Below, piece after piece: positions 19,196-29,447 of a DNA stretch of 64,000 nucleotides (position 1 is its first letter; every line of letters begins with the position of its first letter). The DNA is taken from the sequence record PQ471515.1; one strand, 5' to 3'. A program made the position numbers and the translations under genes. The notes below the pieces were generated by a model. That model was not told the DNA's origin and ran no database searches. It saw only the letters and a program-made list of their open reading frames with translations.

Positions 19196-20371
19196 ATGTC
19201 ACAACTACTAAATGAATCCAAATGGGTAGCAGTTAAAGAGAAACTAGTTGAAGGTCTACAAGGTACTCGTAAGTCCGTAATGGAAACCGTACTTGATAAC
19301 CATCGTAAACTAATGCTAAACGAATCTGCTACTTCTGGTGCAACCACCGCTGGTAACATCGCTACTCTAAACAAAGTGATTCTACCAATTATGCGTCGTG
19401 TTATGCCAACCGTAATCGCTAACGAAATCATCGGTGTTCAGCCAATGACTGGCCCAGTTGGTCAGATCCACACCCTACGTGTTCAATATGCTGACAACGC
19501 TCCTGGTGTCATCGCTGGTGAAGAAATGCTTTCTCCATACAAAATCGCTAAGTCTTATACTGGTGACCTAAACGCAGACAACAGCAACCCACAAGCTGCT
19601 CCTACTAGTCAACTAGAAGGTGCTATGGGTCGTCGCGTTAACATCCGTATTCTACGTGAAACTGTTGAAGCGAAATCTCGTCGTCTATCTGCACGCTGGA
19701 CTGTTGAATCTGCACAAGATGCACAATCCCAACATGGTATCGACGTTGAAGCTGAACTAATGGCTGCAATCGCTCAAGAAGTTACCGTTGAAATCGACCA
19801 AGAGCTACTAAGCCGTCTACGTGCACTACCTGGTGCTGCTGCTGTAACTTATGACCAATCTAAAGTTACTGGTGTTGCGACCTTCGTTGGTGACGAGCAC
19901 GCTGCTCTAGCTACCCTAATCAACCGTCAAGCGAACGAAGTTGCTCGTCGTACCAAACGTGGTGCTGCGAACTGGGCTGTTGTTTCTCCAACCGCTCTAA
20001 CCATTCTACAGTCTGCAACTACTTCTAGTTTTGCACGTACTACTGAAGGTACTTTCGAAGCTCCAACTAACGTTAAATTTGTTGGTACTCTAAACAGCAC
20101 CATGCGTATCTTCGTTGATACTTATGCTTCAGACGTAGAAGATATTCTAATTGGTTATAAAGGTAATGCAGAAACTGATGCTGGTGTGTTCTATTGCCCA
20201 TACATCCCACTAATGGCTTCCGGTACTGTAATGGACCCTAACACTGGGGAATTGGTCACAACTTTCTTAACCAGATATGGTTATGTTCAGTTGACCGATA
20301 GCACCAGTTCACTAGGTAACGCTGCTGACTACTACAGCAAAATCGCTATCAAAAACGTTACTTTCATGTAA
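19196..20371 (+). CDS. Major capsid protein (gp23-like)
   Basis: IIGVQPMTGPVGQIHTLR, EIDQE, FYCPYIPL, TRYG motifs; strong high-expression codon bias. Confidence 0.96.
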   Translation: MSQLLNESKWVAVKEKLVEGLQGTRKSVMETVLDNHRKLMLNESATSGATTAGNIATLNKVILPIMRRVMPTVIANEIIGVQPMTGPVGQIHTLRVQYADNAPGVIAGEEMLSPYKIAKSYTGDLNADNSNPQAAPTSQLEGAMGRRVNIRILRETVEAKSRRLSARWTVESAQDAQSQHGIDVEAELMAAIAQEVTVEIDQELLSRLRALPGAAAVTYDQSKVTGVATFVGDEHAALATLINRQANEVARRTKRGAANWAVVSPTALTILQSATTSSFARTTEGTFEAPTNVKFVGTLNSTMRIFVDTYASDVEDILIGYKGNAETDAGVFYCPYIPLMASGTVMDPNTGELVTTFLTRYGYVQLTDSTSSLGNAADYYSKIAIKNVTFM

Positions 20372-20414
20372 TTGTAATCGATTTAAAAGATTTAATAAAG
20401 AAATTAAAAACAAT

Positions 20415-20441
20415 AGGGACTCTTCGGAGTCCCTTTTCTTT
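20415..20441 (+). terminator. Intrinsic terminator after the capsid gene
   Basis: AGGGACTC-TTCG-GAGTCCCT followed by a T tract. Confidence 0.88.
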
Positions 20442-20454
20442 TTATTAAAAACCC

Positions 20455-20483
20455 TTGACAAAATATTATTGGATGTGTATAAT
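20455..20483 (+). promoter_or_regulatory. Canonical sigma70 promoter
   Basis: TTGACA-17 nt-TATAAT, exact consensus. Confidence 0.85.
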
Positions 20484-20515
20484 ACGCACATACACGCAAA
20501 CAAAGAGACAGAATT

Positions 20516-21613
20516 ATGCCAAATGTAAGTATCAACAAAGAAGAGTTTATCAACCAAATGACTGCTAAGTATGGAGAATTCGATTTCAGTACTTTAGTAT
20601 TCAAGGCAAGTAAGACAACAGTGAAATGTAACAAGTGTGGAAAAGAAAACACCAAACCTGCACTTCGTCACATTGCATGTACATGTGCATCATGTTATTC
20701 AAACATGTCACAACGTTCAAACAACGACACATTCATCAGTACTGTAGAAACTAAATTTGGAAAAGATAAATTCAAATTTGATAAACTAAATTACACTAAT
20801 GCTATATCAAAAGTAACAATTTTCTGCACAGATGAAGATCACAATGATTACTTTGAAATTACACCAAATAAATTTCTTTCTGGTAAAGGATGCCCCGTAT
20901 GTAATAAAAATGAAGCATACAGTACTGAAGAGTTCAAAGAAAAAGTAAAAGATAATTATGGTGATTTATTGGATTTAACTAACACGGTGTATGTAAATCA
21001 AAAAACTAAAGTAACTGTGTATTGTAAAGCAGGTAATCATGAATGGACAGTTGATCCAAAAACTTTACTTGTTGGCAAGACTGGATGTGGTACATGCTCC
21101 GGTAAAGGCGGTCGAAGTACTGAACGTTTCATTGAACTTGTGTCGCCTATCCATAACCATAAGTATGATTATAGCTTGGTGGATTACAAGACTAGTGATG
21201 AACATGTGGATATTATTTGTCCTGAACATGGTGTCTTTAAACAAATACCCAAATCTCATATGGCAGGAAGAGGATGTCCATCATGTGGTGAGTATGGTTA
21301 TCAACCATCAAAGCCTGGATATTTCTATGTACAAAAACTATCTAATAACTCAAAAGTCGTTTACAAATACGGAATTACTGGTGACATGAAGAGGCGAATT
21401 CATGAACAAAGCCGTGATTCTGATTTTGAACACACTGTACTGGTAGAACGTTACTTTGAGGATGGTAACAAACCATTATTATTGGAAAAGTTCATCAAGC
21501 AATACATTGAAAGTGGTGTTGTAAGTACTGAAGAGTTACCATCAGGATTTACTGAAACTTTTGATGCTAAGTATCTTGAAAGTGTTTTGGAAATCGTAAA
21601 TACTTTTAAGTAA
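20516..21613 (+). mobile_element. Free-standing homing-endonuclease-like gene (Zn-finger repeats plus C-terminal GIY-YIG-like domain)
   Basis: Repeated Y.....V.I.C..HG.F...P..HL.G.GCP.C units; C-terminal GYFYV...YKYGITGD..RR; own promoter; inserted after the capsid gene. Confidence 0.72.
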
Positions 21614-21636
21614 ACAACCATAAGGAGTTGACACGG

Positions 21637-21987
21637 ATGTTAACTGTATACATTTTTAAGAAAGAAGAGTACTTAAAGAGTCAGTACTCAAAAATTGAGA
21701 TTAATGTTCCATACGGAACTTTAGTTGGTTATGATGAAGCTAGTGAAACTTTGTATTATAATGATGATAGACTGGACTATAGTATTGATTCATTTATTGA
21801 AGACATACTTGATAGTAACACTGAAGATATGTTATATGAAGAATACTTAGATAAGTACAAAGAACGTATGTCAAAGTTACATGCTGATGCTCCAGTACTG
21901 AACATTTCAAAAACTCCTTCTGAATTCGAGCCACAAAACCCATTCCAACGCCTAATTGATGCTGGGGTAAATTTCCGAATTACTTGA
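21637..21987 (+). CDS. Hypothetical protein
   Basis: AAGGAG SD 9 nt before ATG 21637. Confidence 0.6.
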   Translation: MLTVYIFKKEEYLKSQYSKIEINVPYGTLVGYDEASETLYYNDDRLDYSIDSFIEDILDSNTEDMLYEEYLDKYKERMSKLHADAPVLNISKTPSEFEPQNPFQRLIDAGVNFRIT

Positions 21988-22026
21988 TTAATAAATATCT
22001 TCATATTACTGATGGAGATATTTTCT

Positions 22027-22335
22027 ATGTCACAGATATGTTATGTTATAGTAAATGATGCGTGGCCTGATTATGTTAAGATAGGATTTACCAGTAAATC
22101 TGAAATGACAGAACGTTTAAGGACATATCAAACTGCTACACCTTTTAGAGATTTTGTGGTATACCATGAAGTACACTTTGAAGATGCACGTTTAGCAGAG
22201 AAAGAAATTCACAAAAGACTAAAACAAATGAACGCAGTAAGGCAACCTAACACCGAGTGGTTCAAGATGCCTAAGAAGATAGCAGCGAACATCGTCGATT
22301 CTGTTCTTGACGATATGGAAAACGACTTGCTATAG
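22027..22335 (+). CDS. T5orf172/GIY-YIG-like domain protein
   Basis: YVI...VKIGFT...ERL..YQT, AEKEIH, EWF motifs. Confidence 0.75.
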   Translation: MSQICYVIVNDAWPDYVKIGFTSKSEMTERLRTYQTATPFRDFVVYHEVHFEDARLAEKEIHKRLKQMNAVRQPNTEWFKMPKKIAANIVDSVLDDMENDLL

Positions 22336-22376
22336 TAATAAATATAGTATATATTAATCATTAAAGGGATTTATAC

Positions 22377-24086
22377 ATGAGCATAAGTTTTAATAACCCA
22401 CTGGATACTATGACTAGTACTGGTGCTAATGGATCTTTAGAACTAATAGTGCTTGGTGGTACACCAACTAATCCAAGACCTATTCGTTTTAATTCATCTT
22501 CTGTCATTTTACCAGTACAGGCATTGCCAGCAGGTGAGCAAGGTGCTATGGTATTTGATAGAAATGAGTTGGTGTTAAAATACCACAACGGGACAAGTTG
22601 GATTGCAGTATACGATACTGATACAATTCTTGAACCAATCCGTATTTCACTCGATGAAGTGAACCGCAAACTGAATTTAAAAGTTGAAACAGTAACATAT
22701 AGTAGTAGTGCTGTTCCAAGTGCGAGCATTAGTGGTACGAATTTAAATATCGTATTCCCTACTCAATCAAGTAGCGGTACTGGTCCAACAGGTCTTTACA
22801 CTTCAATGAAGCCTGGTGCAATTACCCAGTACTCATTGACTTCTGGACAAACTGTTGCTAGTATTCGTGAACAGATGTCTGGAGTAACCAATGGTCAAAG
22901 TGGTCGTAATGGTTCACAAGGTTCTCCGTGGAAAACTTCTGATGGTTGGTGTTTTGCTGATGGAATGTGGTGGACATGGGATGGTGAAAATGGTACAATC
23001 ACAAAACAAGTTCCAAATCTTAACCAAGAAGCATACTTGAAAGGTATTACCACATCAGGCGTAACTAAAACTGATAGTGTGATTGCAAGTAGTGCATCAA
23101 TTAGTGGTACTGCGATATCAATTGATCAACTTCCACCGCACTCATTTAGTTTCAGTGGAACTACTGGTGCTGCTGGTCGTCATAGTCATAGCCAAGCACT
23201 AAAAGGTATGGACAGAAGTGGTCTTAATGCGTTAACATCCAGTAACGACAACGGAATCCCAACTGTAATTAATAACATTAACGAAGCACCTAATCACGTG
23301 CATAGTTTCAGTGGTTCAACCAATACCGTTGGTAGTGGACAAGCACATACCCACGGAATTAGCAATATTGACGTACCACACTTTAATGTGGCATACTTAT
23401 ATAACATTGCTGAGTCTAACGTTGCATTGAGTGAAAAAGTTGCAAACACCCGTTATGTACTTAAAACTGGTGATGTAATGACTGGTTCATTGACTATTGC
23501 TAACAGTGCTTCTATACGTTCAAATGACACTTCATTAGTACTTTACTTCCGTAATGCTACTAATGGTGAACGTGCAGCAATTTATCATAGTTCATCTAAC
23601 AATACATTACGTTTGAGAAGTAATGGTGGTTCTGAAGTTTCTATCAACTCTTCAGGTGTACTAACTTCCCCATCGTTAGTTGTTAGTTCTAACTCTGCAA
23701 CAGTTTCTGGTAAAAACATTGTACGTTCAGTTAACGGTACAGCGGCAGATGCCAGTGGTAATGTTACTATATCTACCACAACAACTTCTGCGTCTTTGAC
23801 ACAAAATGGCTGGTATAAAGATAACAATACTGGTATGATAACTCAGTGGGGATACTTGGCAGTAGGGGATGATTCTTATGTAACTGTAACATTACCTATA
23901 CCATACCCAAATGCTTGTTTAAATCTACAAGTAACTGGTAGAGTATCAGGTCGTCCAGATAATGATGCTGCATGGGCATCACATGGTAATATTTTAAGTA
24001 ACTCGCAAATTGCTGTTGGTGCAGCTAACCCAAATGATGATAATCCACGTGGACTAGGTGTTTACTGGACAACAATCGGTTATTAA
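22377..24086 (+). CDS. Tail fibre-like protein with collar domain and C-terminal receptor-binding-type domain
   Basis: Collar-like GWCFADG...VPNL; His repeats (HSFSFSG, HSHS, HVHSFSG, HTHG); C-terminal GWYKD..TGMITQWG...FPIPYPNAC-like domain. Confidence 0.7.
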   Translation: MSISFNNPLDTMTSTGANGSLELIVLGGTPTNPRPIRFNSSSVILPVQALPAGEQGAMVFDRNELVLKYHNGTSWIAVYDTDTILEPIRISLDEVNRKLNLKVETVTYSSSAVPSASISGTNLNIVFPTQSSSGTGPTGLYTSMKPGAITQYSLTSGQTVASIREQMSGVTNGQSGRNGSQGSPWKTSDGWCFADGMWWTWDGENGTITKQVPNLNQEAYLKGITTSGVTKTDSVIASSASISGTAISIDQLPPHSFSFSGTTGAAGRHSHSQALKGMDRSGLNALTSSNDNGIPTVINNINEAPNHVHSFSGSTNTVGSGQAHTHGISNIDVPHFNVAYLYNIAESNVALSEKVANTRYVLKTGDVMTGSLTIANSASIRSNDTSLVLYFRNATNGERAAIYHSSSNNTLRLRSNGGSEVSINSSGVLTSPSLVVSSNSATVSGKNIVRSVNGTAADASGNVTISTTTTSASLTQNGWYKDNNTGMITQWGYLAVGDDSYVTVTLPIPYPNACLNLQVTGRVSGRPDNDAAWASHGNILSNSQIAVGAANPNDDNPRGLGVYWTTIGY

Positions 24087-24094
24087 AAAATATT

Positions 24095-24122
24095 GAGACA
24101 AATTTTAAAGTAGTGATACAAT
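24095..24122 (+). promoter_or_regulatory. RRGACA-N16-TA(C)AAT promoter of the polymerase operon
   Basis: GAGACA-16 nt-TACAAT, TG-extended. Confidence 0.65.
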
Positions 24123-24184
24123 GTAGTCATCTTACAGAGGTTGTGAGATGACATTTTTTTCAAAACACATGGAGAAGCAAACAA

Positions 24185-24490
24185 ATGGCAAAAGCTAAAA
24201 AAGAAGTTAAAGTTGAAATTCGTGACCTAAATGATGAACAACGTAAACGTCTAGGTGATGCACTAAACAACGCAGTAGTACAACTTACTTTTATTGACGA
24301 CACCAAAGCATCCTATGCAGATTTCATTAGTTCCATCTCTGATGAACTAGGTATTGATGCATCCGATATCAAACAAGCCGCTCAACGTATCTACAAAGGC
24401 GATTACTTTGATAAACAAAACAAACTCGATAACATCGAAACTATCCTAAGTGTTACTAACAATTTGCCACAAGCAGATGACGATTACTAA
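24185..24490 (+). CDS. dsDNA-binding protein, T4 DsbA-like
   Basis: Size and pattern (DELGID...K...YK.D) resemble DsbA; high-expression codon usage. Confidence 0.5.
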   Translation: MAKAKKEVKVEIRDLNDEQRKRLGDALNNAVVQLTFIDDTKASYADFISSISDELGIDASDIKQAAQRIYKGDYFDKQNKLDNIETILSVTNNLPQADDDY

Positions 24491-24572
24491 TAAGTACTAA
24501 AAACTAAACTTTATAGCCTCCAATGAATGGGGGCTTTATTTTTAACTTAATAAACGTAAAGGAATACAAACG

Positions 24573-27500
24573 ATGTATATCGATGCTTATATGGAACGTA
24601 AACGTACTGGTGATATTTTGCACGTAGCAGAACGTAAAAACGGTAAACGTATTCTACGTCAGTTGGACCCAGTATATGAATATTATGTTGAATCTCCTAC
24701 TGGTGAACACAAAACAATTTATGGAACTAACGCAAAGCATTTGGAGTTTGAAACTCAATCACAGATGAATAAAAGCGTTGAGCAACATAAAAATGAAGGT
24801 CTGCGTATTTTTGAAAGTGATTGCAACATTACCTTCAAGACGTTGGCTAGAGAATACATGGGTAAAGGTTCGCCGGATTTGAACGTAGCATTTTTCGATA
24901 TCGAAACCGACTTCCATAAGAAGTTTGGTTATGCTCCACCATCAGATCCATTCAACCGTGTAACTGCAATTTCTCTATATCAATCATGGACTGGTAAGGA
25001 TTATGTACTTACTTTACCACCTGCTGATATGGAAATGTACGAAGCACAAGATATTGTTCGTCAGTTAAACGAAGAAACTAACGACCCTAACAGTACTGTC
25101 ATCCTTTATACGGATGAGAAAGAAATGTTTATGGAGTTCTTTAGTCTAATCGATGACTCTGATGTAATTTCAGGTTGGAACAGTGAATTCTTTGATATTC
25201 CATATATGGTCAACCGTACCAAGAAAATCTTCAACGAAGCAACTACTGCTCGTTGGTGCTTGTGGAATAAAAAACCAAATGCTCGTGAAGCTGATAACTT
25301 TGGTAAAACTGTAGTAACATATGATCTTATTGGTCGTGTACACTTAGACTATCTTGCTCTTTATAAGAAACATGCTGGTCAAGTTGAACAGTCGTACAAA
25401 CTAGATTATATTGCTGAAAAAGTAACTAAAGAAAACAAAGTATCCTATGAAGGTTCATTGGATAAACTATACCGTGAAGATTACATTACATTCTTGCGTT
25501 ATTCTAAGCAGGATAGTATTCTTCTAAAGAAAATTGATGCTAAATGTGACTTTATCAACCTACACAACCGTCTTGCTCATAAAGAATGTGTACTAATTAG
25601 TACTACAATGGGTTCGGTTGCACTAATCGACACTGCTATCATCAACCTTGCTCACAGTCGCGGTGAAGTTGTTTTTAACAAAGCACCGAAAGATGATATT
25701 GAGTTAGATCCAGAGATGGAGTACTATGGTGAAGAAGGTGATGAAGAAGATGAGAAAATCAGTGCAAAAGCTGCTGGTGCATGGGTTCAAGATCCAGTTC
25801 TTGGCCTTGTTAGCGATTTGGGATGTACAGACTTTAACTCATTGTATCCAACTGTACTACGTACACTTGGCATGAGTACTGAATGTATTCTTGGACAACT
25901 TCGTCAAGACTACACTGATGCATATCTTGCTGCTAAAGTACAAGAGCAAAAAGCTAAATCCAAATCTAAAGCGTTTGAACCTGATTGGACCGCTGCATGG
26001 CATGGTTTATTTGCTGCTGTAGAATTTACAATGGTTCATGAAAAATCTGACAAAACTTTGATTGTTGATTTAGAAGATGGTAGTTCGTTCAATGCAACTG
26101 GTAAAGAATTGTATGATATTATCTTTGCTGAAGACAGTACTATTGTACTAAGTGCTAACGGAACACTTTTTGATAAGTCTAAGTATGGTGTAATTCCAGA
26201 TATTCTTACTCAATGGTATTCTGAGCGTAAAGCACAACAAAAAATGGTAATCGACTACAAACACATGTATAGTGATGGGTGGGAATTCAATGGTTCTGAG
26301 AAGGTTGAACCTTTGCTATCTAACTACACAAGTGGTACAATGTTCCGTACAAACTTACATGACAATGATCCTGTTTATCTATTACGTATTGCTATTGGTA
26401 AAGGTCAATGGGAAGAAGTTGCAAAACTCATTGTGGAAAATGGTTTAGTACTGAAAGATGGTCGTATTTTCTGTGCAACGGAAGATAAGAATTACTTCAA
26501 ACAGCAAAGTGCATTCTGGAAACAGAACCAGCAAATTCGTAAGATTCTTCTAAACAGTCTATATGGTGCACTATTGAACAAAGGTTCACGTTTCTTTGAT
26601 AAGCGTTTAGGTCAGTCCGTTACCTTAACTGGTCGTTCTATGACTAAACATATGGCAAGCCGTATCAATGAAATCACTACTGGTGTTTATAATCACCAAG
26701 GTGGCTCTGTAATTTACGGTGATACTGACTCCGTTTACTTCAGTGTAACTCATTACCTGAAAGAACAAGGTATTCCATATAATCTTTCGAAAGAAGAAAT
26801 CGTTGACATGTATATCAAAATCGGTGATGAAGTTGGTGAATCATTCCCTTCATTCATGAACGAAATGTTCAATACTGGTATTGAGAAAGGTAAGATTGTT
26901 GGTGCAGACCTAGAGATGGTCGGTTCCCGTGGTCTATTCCTGAAGAAAAAGCGTTATGCAATTCTCAAGTACTGGGAAGATGGTTTCCGTAAAGATGTTG
27001 ATGGAAAGCCTGGTGAAATTAAAGCGATGGGTCTTGAAATTAAACGTTCAGACACGCCAAAATACATCCAGAACTTCCTAGAAGAGACTCTAATTGCATT
27101 GCTGGTGGGTGAGTCTGAAGCTCAACTTAAACAGCGTGTACGTGACTTTAAAGAGGTATTTAAAGACATGCCTGTACACGAAAAGGGTTCACCGAAAACT
27201 GTTAAGAACTATACCAACTTAGAAGCAGAATATGAAGTTTCTGGTAAATGTAAAGTTGGTCACGTATTAGCAGGTATTCAATGGAACCGTCTACGTGAAG
27301 TATATGATGACAAAACTGTACCTGAAGTAACTGACGGTACAAAAGTAATTGTATGTAACTTAAAAGATAACCCGATGGGTATCAAAGCAGTAGGTTACCC
27401 AATTGACTGTGTGGAATATCTACCTGAATGGTTCTTAGAACTACCATTTGATACAGAGAAAATGGAAGAAATAGTTCTAACTAAAAAATTAGAAAACATT

Positions 27501-27578
27501 TTTGGTATTCTGGATATGGATATTGGTATTCATGAGAAAAGCACAGCAGCCGTTAATAACGGATTCTTCACCTGGTAA
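24573..27578 (+). CDS. Family B DNA polymerase (gp43-like), no intein or intron
   Basis: Exonuclease motifs DIETD, GWNSEFFDIPY, YSKQD; polymerase motifs DFNSLYP, KILLNSLYG, YGDTDS. Confidence 0.96.
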   Translation: MYIDAYMERKRTGDILHVAERKNGKRILRQLDPVYEYYVESPTGEHKTIYGTNAKHLEFETQSQMNKSVEQHKNEGLRIFESDCNITFKTLAREYMGKGSPDLNVAFFDIETDFHKKFGYAPPSDPFNRVTAISLYQSWTGKDYVLTLPPADMEMYEAQDIVRQLNEETNDPNSTVILYTDEKEMFMEFFSLIDDSDVISGWNSEFFDIPYMVNRTKKIFNEATTARWCLWNKKPNAREADNFGKTVVTYDLIGRVHLDYLALYKKHAGQVEQSYKLDYIAEKVTKENKVSYEGSLDKLYREDYITFLRYSKQDSILLKKIDAKCDFINLHNRLAHKECVLISTTMGSVALIDTAIINLAHSRGEVVFNKAPKDDIELDPEMEYYGEEGDEEDEKISAKAAGAWVQDPVLGLVSDLGCTDFNSLYPTVLRTLGMSTECILGQLRQDYTDAYLAAKVQEQKAKSKSKAFEPDWTAAWHGLFAAVEFTMVHEKSDKTLIVDLEDGSSFNATGKELYDIIFAEDSTIVLSANGTLFDKSKYGVIPDILTQWYSERKAQQKMVIDYKHMYSDGWEFNGSEKVEPLLSNYTSGTMFRTNLHDNDPVYLLRIAIGKGQWEEVAKLIVENGLVLKDGRIFCATEDKNYFKQQSAFWKQNQQIRKILLNSLYGALLNKGSRFFDKRLGQSVTLTGRSMTKHMASRINEITTGVYNHQGGSVIYGDTDSVYFSVTHYLKEQGIPYNLSKEEIVDMYIKIGDEVGESFPSFMNEMFNTGIEKGKIVGADLEMVGSRGLFLKKKRYAILKYWEDGFRKDVDGKPGEIKAMGLEIKRSDTPKYIQNFLEETLIALLVGESEAQLKQRVRDFKEVFKDMPVHEKGSPKTVKNYTNLEAEYEVSGKCKVGHVLAGIQWNRLREVYDDKTVPEVTDGTKVIVCNLKDNPMGIKAVGYPIDCVEYLPEWFLELPFDTEKMEEIVLTKKLENIFGILDMDIGIHEKSTAAVNNGFFTW

Positions 27579-27588
27579 GGAAAATATT

Positions 27589-27729
27589 ATGATTATTGCA
27601 GACGAAACTAAACTAAAATATGACGAAGTAAATGACGTATTCTCTGATGAATCACTAGCACTGTCTGAGGACAGTGTTAACGAGGCGTGGGAACAGTACG
27701 TTTTATGGAGTGCATCCCAAGGAGAGTAA
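27589..27729 (+). CDS. Small acidic hypothetical protein
   Basis: AAGGA SD, 46 aa. Confidence 0.5.
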   Translation: MIIADETKLKYDEVNDVFSDESLALSEDSVNEAWEQYVLWSASQGE

Positions 27730-27730
27730 T

Positions 27731-28033
27731 ATGGAAAATATCTATAAGCGTGTTGGTGCAGTACTGGAAGATAGTACTATCGTAAATTCAGTACTTGCAT
27801 ACAATAATGATGATGAAGTTGTTCTAATGTCTGCTGGTTTCACCAGAACTGGTTCTGTTGAAATTGACGGTGAGATTGTTGACGTCTATTCTATTGAAAA
27901 GAAACGCAAAGTTGTCATTGTTGAAGATGTTAACACGTTAAAAGACTTAGAACATCTACGTTACAAATTCAACATTGGTGCAGGTGCAAACGCTGATAAG
28001 CCGTACCTTAAACGTTGGAACACAAAATACTGA
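27731..28033 (+). CDS. Hypothetical protein
   Basis: GGAG SD, 100 aa. Confidence 0.6.
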   Translation: MENIYKRVGAVLEDSTIVNSVLAYNNDDEVVLMSAGFTRTGSVEIDGEIVDVYSIEKKRKVVIVEDVNTLKDLEHLRYKFNIGAGANADKPYLKRWNTKY

Positions 28034-28042
28034 TAAAAAATT

Positions 28043-28070
28043 GAGACAAGCATCATTCACGAGATATAAT
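28043..28070 (+). promoter_or_regulatory. RRGACA-N16-TATAAT promoter
   Basis: GAGACA-16 nt-TATAAT. Confidence 0.65.
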
Positions 28071-28137
28071 GGTGCTTGTAGTAATCTGAAGCATACAAAA
28101 ACATTTTTGATTAACAAATAAAACGGAGAATTATATA

Positions 28138-28869
28138 ATGGATCTACGCAACGTACTACGTGACCTAGTTAACACTACCAACGGCATCGACTTTTCTTGT
28201 ATCGCAGTTAGCAGTGAAGACCGTGGTGATGGACAGCGTGTTTACATGGAAGCATACACCGATGACCGCACCCTAGTTATGCGTGCTCACACTAAAGAAG
28301 ACGTACCAGAAGTTCAAGGTCGTTTTGGTCTTGGTAACCTAGGTCTTCTACAGGGTCTAATGTCTCTAAAAACTTATAGTACTGAAGGAACTACTATCAC
28401 TTCTAACTTGAAAGATGGTGCAGTTAAGAGCCTAGCATTCAAAGCAGAAGATGCAAGTACTACTTTCATGGTTCAACCAGAAAAACTAATTCCAGCCCAG
28501 CCTCGTTTCCACGAACAACCATATGACGTACAGGTTACACCTAGTGCAGCTAAAGTTCAGGAACTAAAAAGCTTCTCTGGTGTGTTTAAATCTTTCAGTT
28601 CTCTAGTAACTCCATACACTGAAGGTGATACTCTTTACTTCCACGTTGGTGAGAAGAACAAAAGTAACCACGTTGGTGCACTAGCATTCTCTAAAACTGA
28701 AGGTGAACTAGGTCTTGGTTTTGGTTATAACATTGACCGTGTTCTACAAGCTCTATCCCGCGTTTCTAACGCAGAATCTGTTACCCTTGGTATTACCAAA
28801 ACTGGTATGCTAAACGTAACTCTAGACACTGGTATTGCGGTATACAAGATTTACGTAACAGGTTGCTAA
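28138..28869 (+). CDS. Probable sliding clamp (gp45-like)
   Basis: 243 aa, two-domain alpha/beta pattern, high-expression codons, near the polymerase. Confidence 0.55.
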   Translation: MDLRNVLRDLVNTTNGIDFSCIAVSSEDRGDGQRVYMEAYTDDRTLVMRAHTKEDVPEVQGRFGLGNLGLLQGLMSLKTYSTEGTTITSNLKDGAVKSLAFKAEDASTTFMVQPEKLIPAQPRFHEQPYDVQVTPSAAKVQELKSFSGVFKSFSSLVTPYTEGDTLYFHVGEKNKSNHVGALAFSKTEGELGLGFGYNIDRVLQALSRVSNAESVTLGITKTGMLNVTLDTGIAVYKIYVTGC

Positions 28870-28936
28870 TATAAATAATGGGGAACATGGAGTTCCCCAA
28901 ATTTTTGATTTAAAAATAAGTAAAGGAAGACAAAAA

Positions 28937-29143
28937 ATGCCATTATATACATATCGTTGTGAAAAAGAAGAATGTAAACACAGTTTAGAAAAGATTGTAA
29001 AAATTGCCAATCGTGAAGAACCTCATGATTGTCCTCAATGTAATGGTGAGAAGACTATGAAGTTGGAAGTTTTTACCCCTGGTGATAAAGGTGCTAATCT
29101 TTATTTCCGTGGTAAATGGTTTGCAAACACTGGAGGTTACTGA
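28937..29143 (+). CDS. FmdB-family zinc-ribbon protein
   Basis: MPLYTYRC..C...CPQC...F.G.W..TGGY. Confidence 0.85.
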   Translation: MPLYTYRCEKEECKHSLEKIVKIANREEPHDCPQCNGEKTMKLEVFTPGDKGANLYFRGKWFANTGGY

Positions 29144-29144
29144 T

Positions 29145-29447
29145 ATGAAAATTAAAATGATTAACGATTATGTACTGGTTCGTCAAATTGAAGCACAGAA
29201 TAAAAGTACTGGTGGTATTATCCTAGGAAACGTGGAACCACCATGTGTTGGTATGGTGATTTCAGTTGGTGAAGGTAAAGTACTACCTAATGGGCAAATT
29301 GCAGAACATAATATTTGTGTTGGTGATATGGTTGTATTCGGTCGTTCATCACTAAACACTCCTATCACTGAAGATCTTGGTGGTGGTGAAGACACATATT
29401 ATGTGATGAAAATTGAAGAAATTTTTGGTAAGAAATCAAATGGCTAA
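29145..29447 (+). CDS. GroES-like co-chaperonin (gp31 analogue)
   Basis: DYVLVR, STGGIIL, G.VISVGEGK, V.VGD.VVF motifs. Confidence 0.9.
   Translation: MKIKMINDYVLVRQIEAQNKSTGGIILGNVEPPCVGMVISVGEGKVLPNGQIAEHNICVGDMVVFGRSSLNTPITEDLGGGEDTYYVMKIEEIFGKKSNG

Noticed and set aside
21628-21640. In-frame CGG-A in the track ORF starting at TTG 21628 (a possible counter-example to the CGGA rule)
   Set aside because: TTG abuts the SD; ATG 21637 is properly spaced, so the CGG is probably untranslated. It should be confirmed by start-site mapping.
27502-28033. Overlapping ORFs after polB as another frameshift pair
   Set aside because: Each has its own SD and ATG (27589, 27731) and there is no CGGA at the junction.
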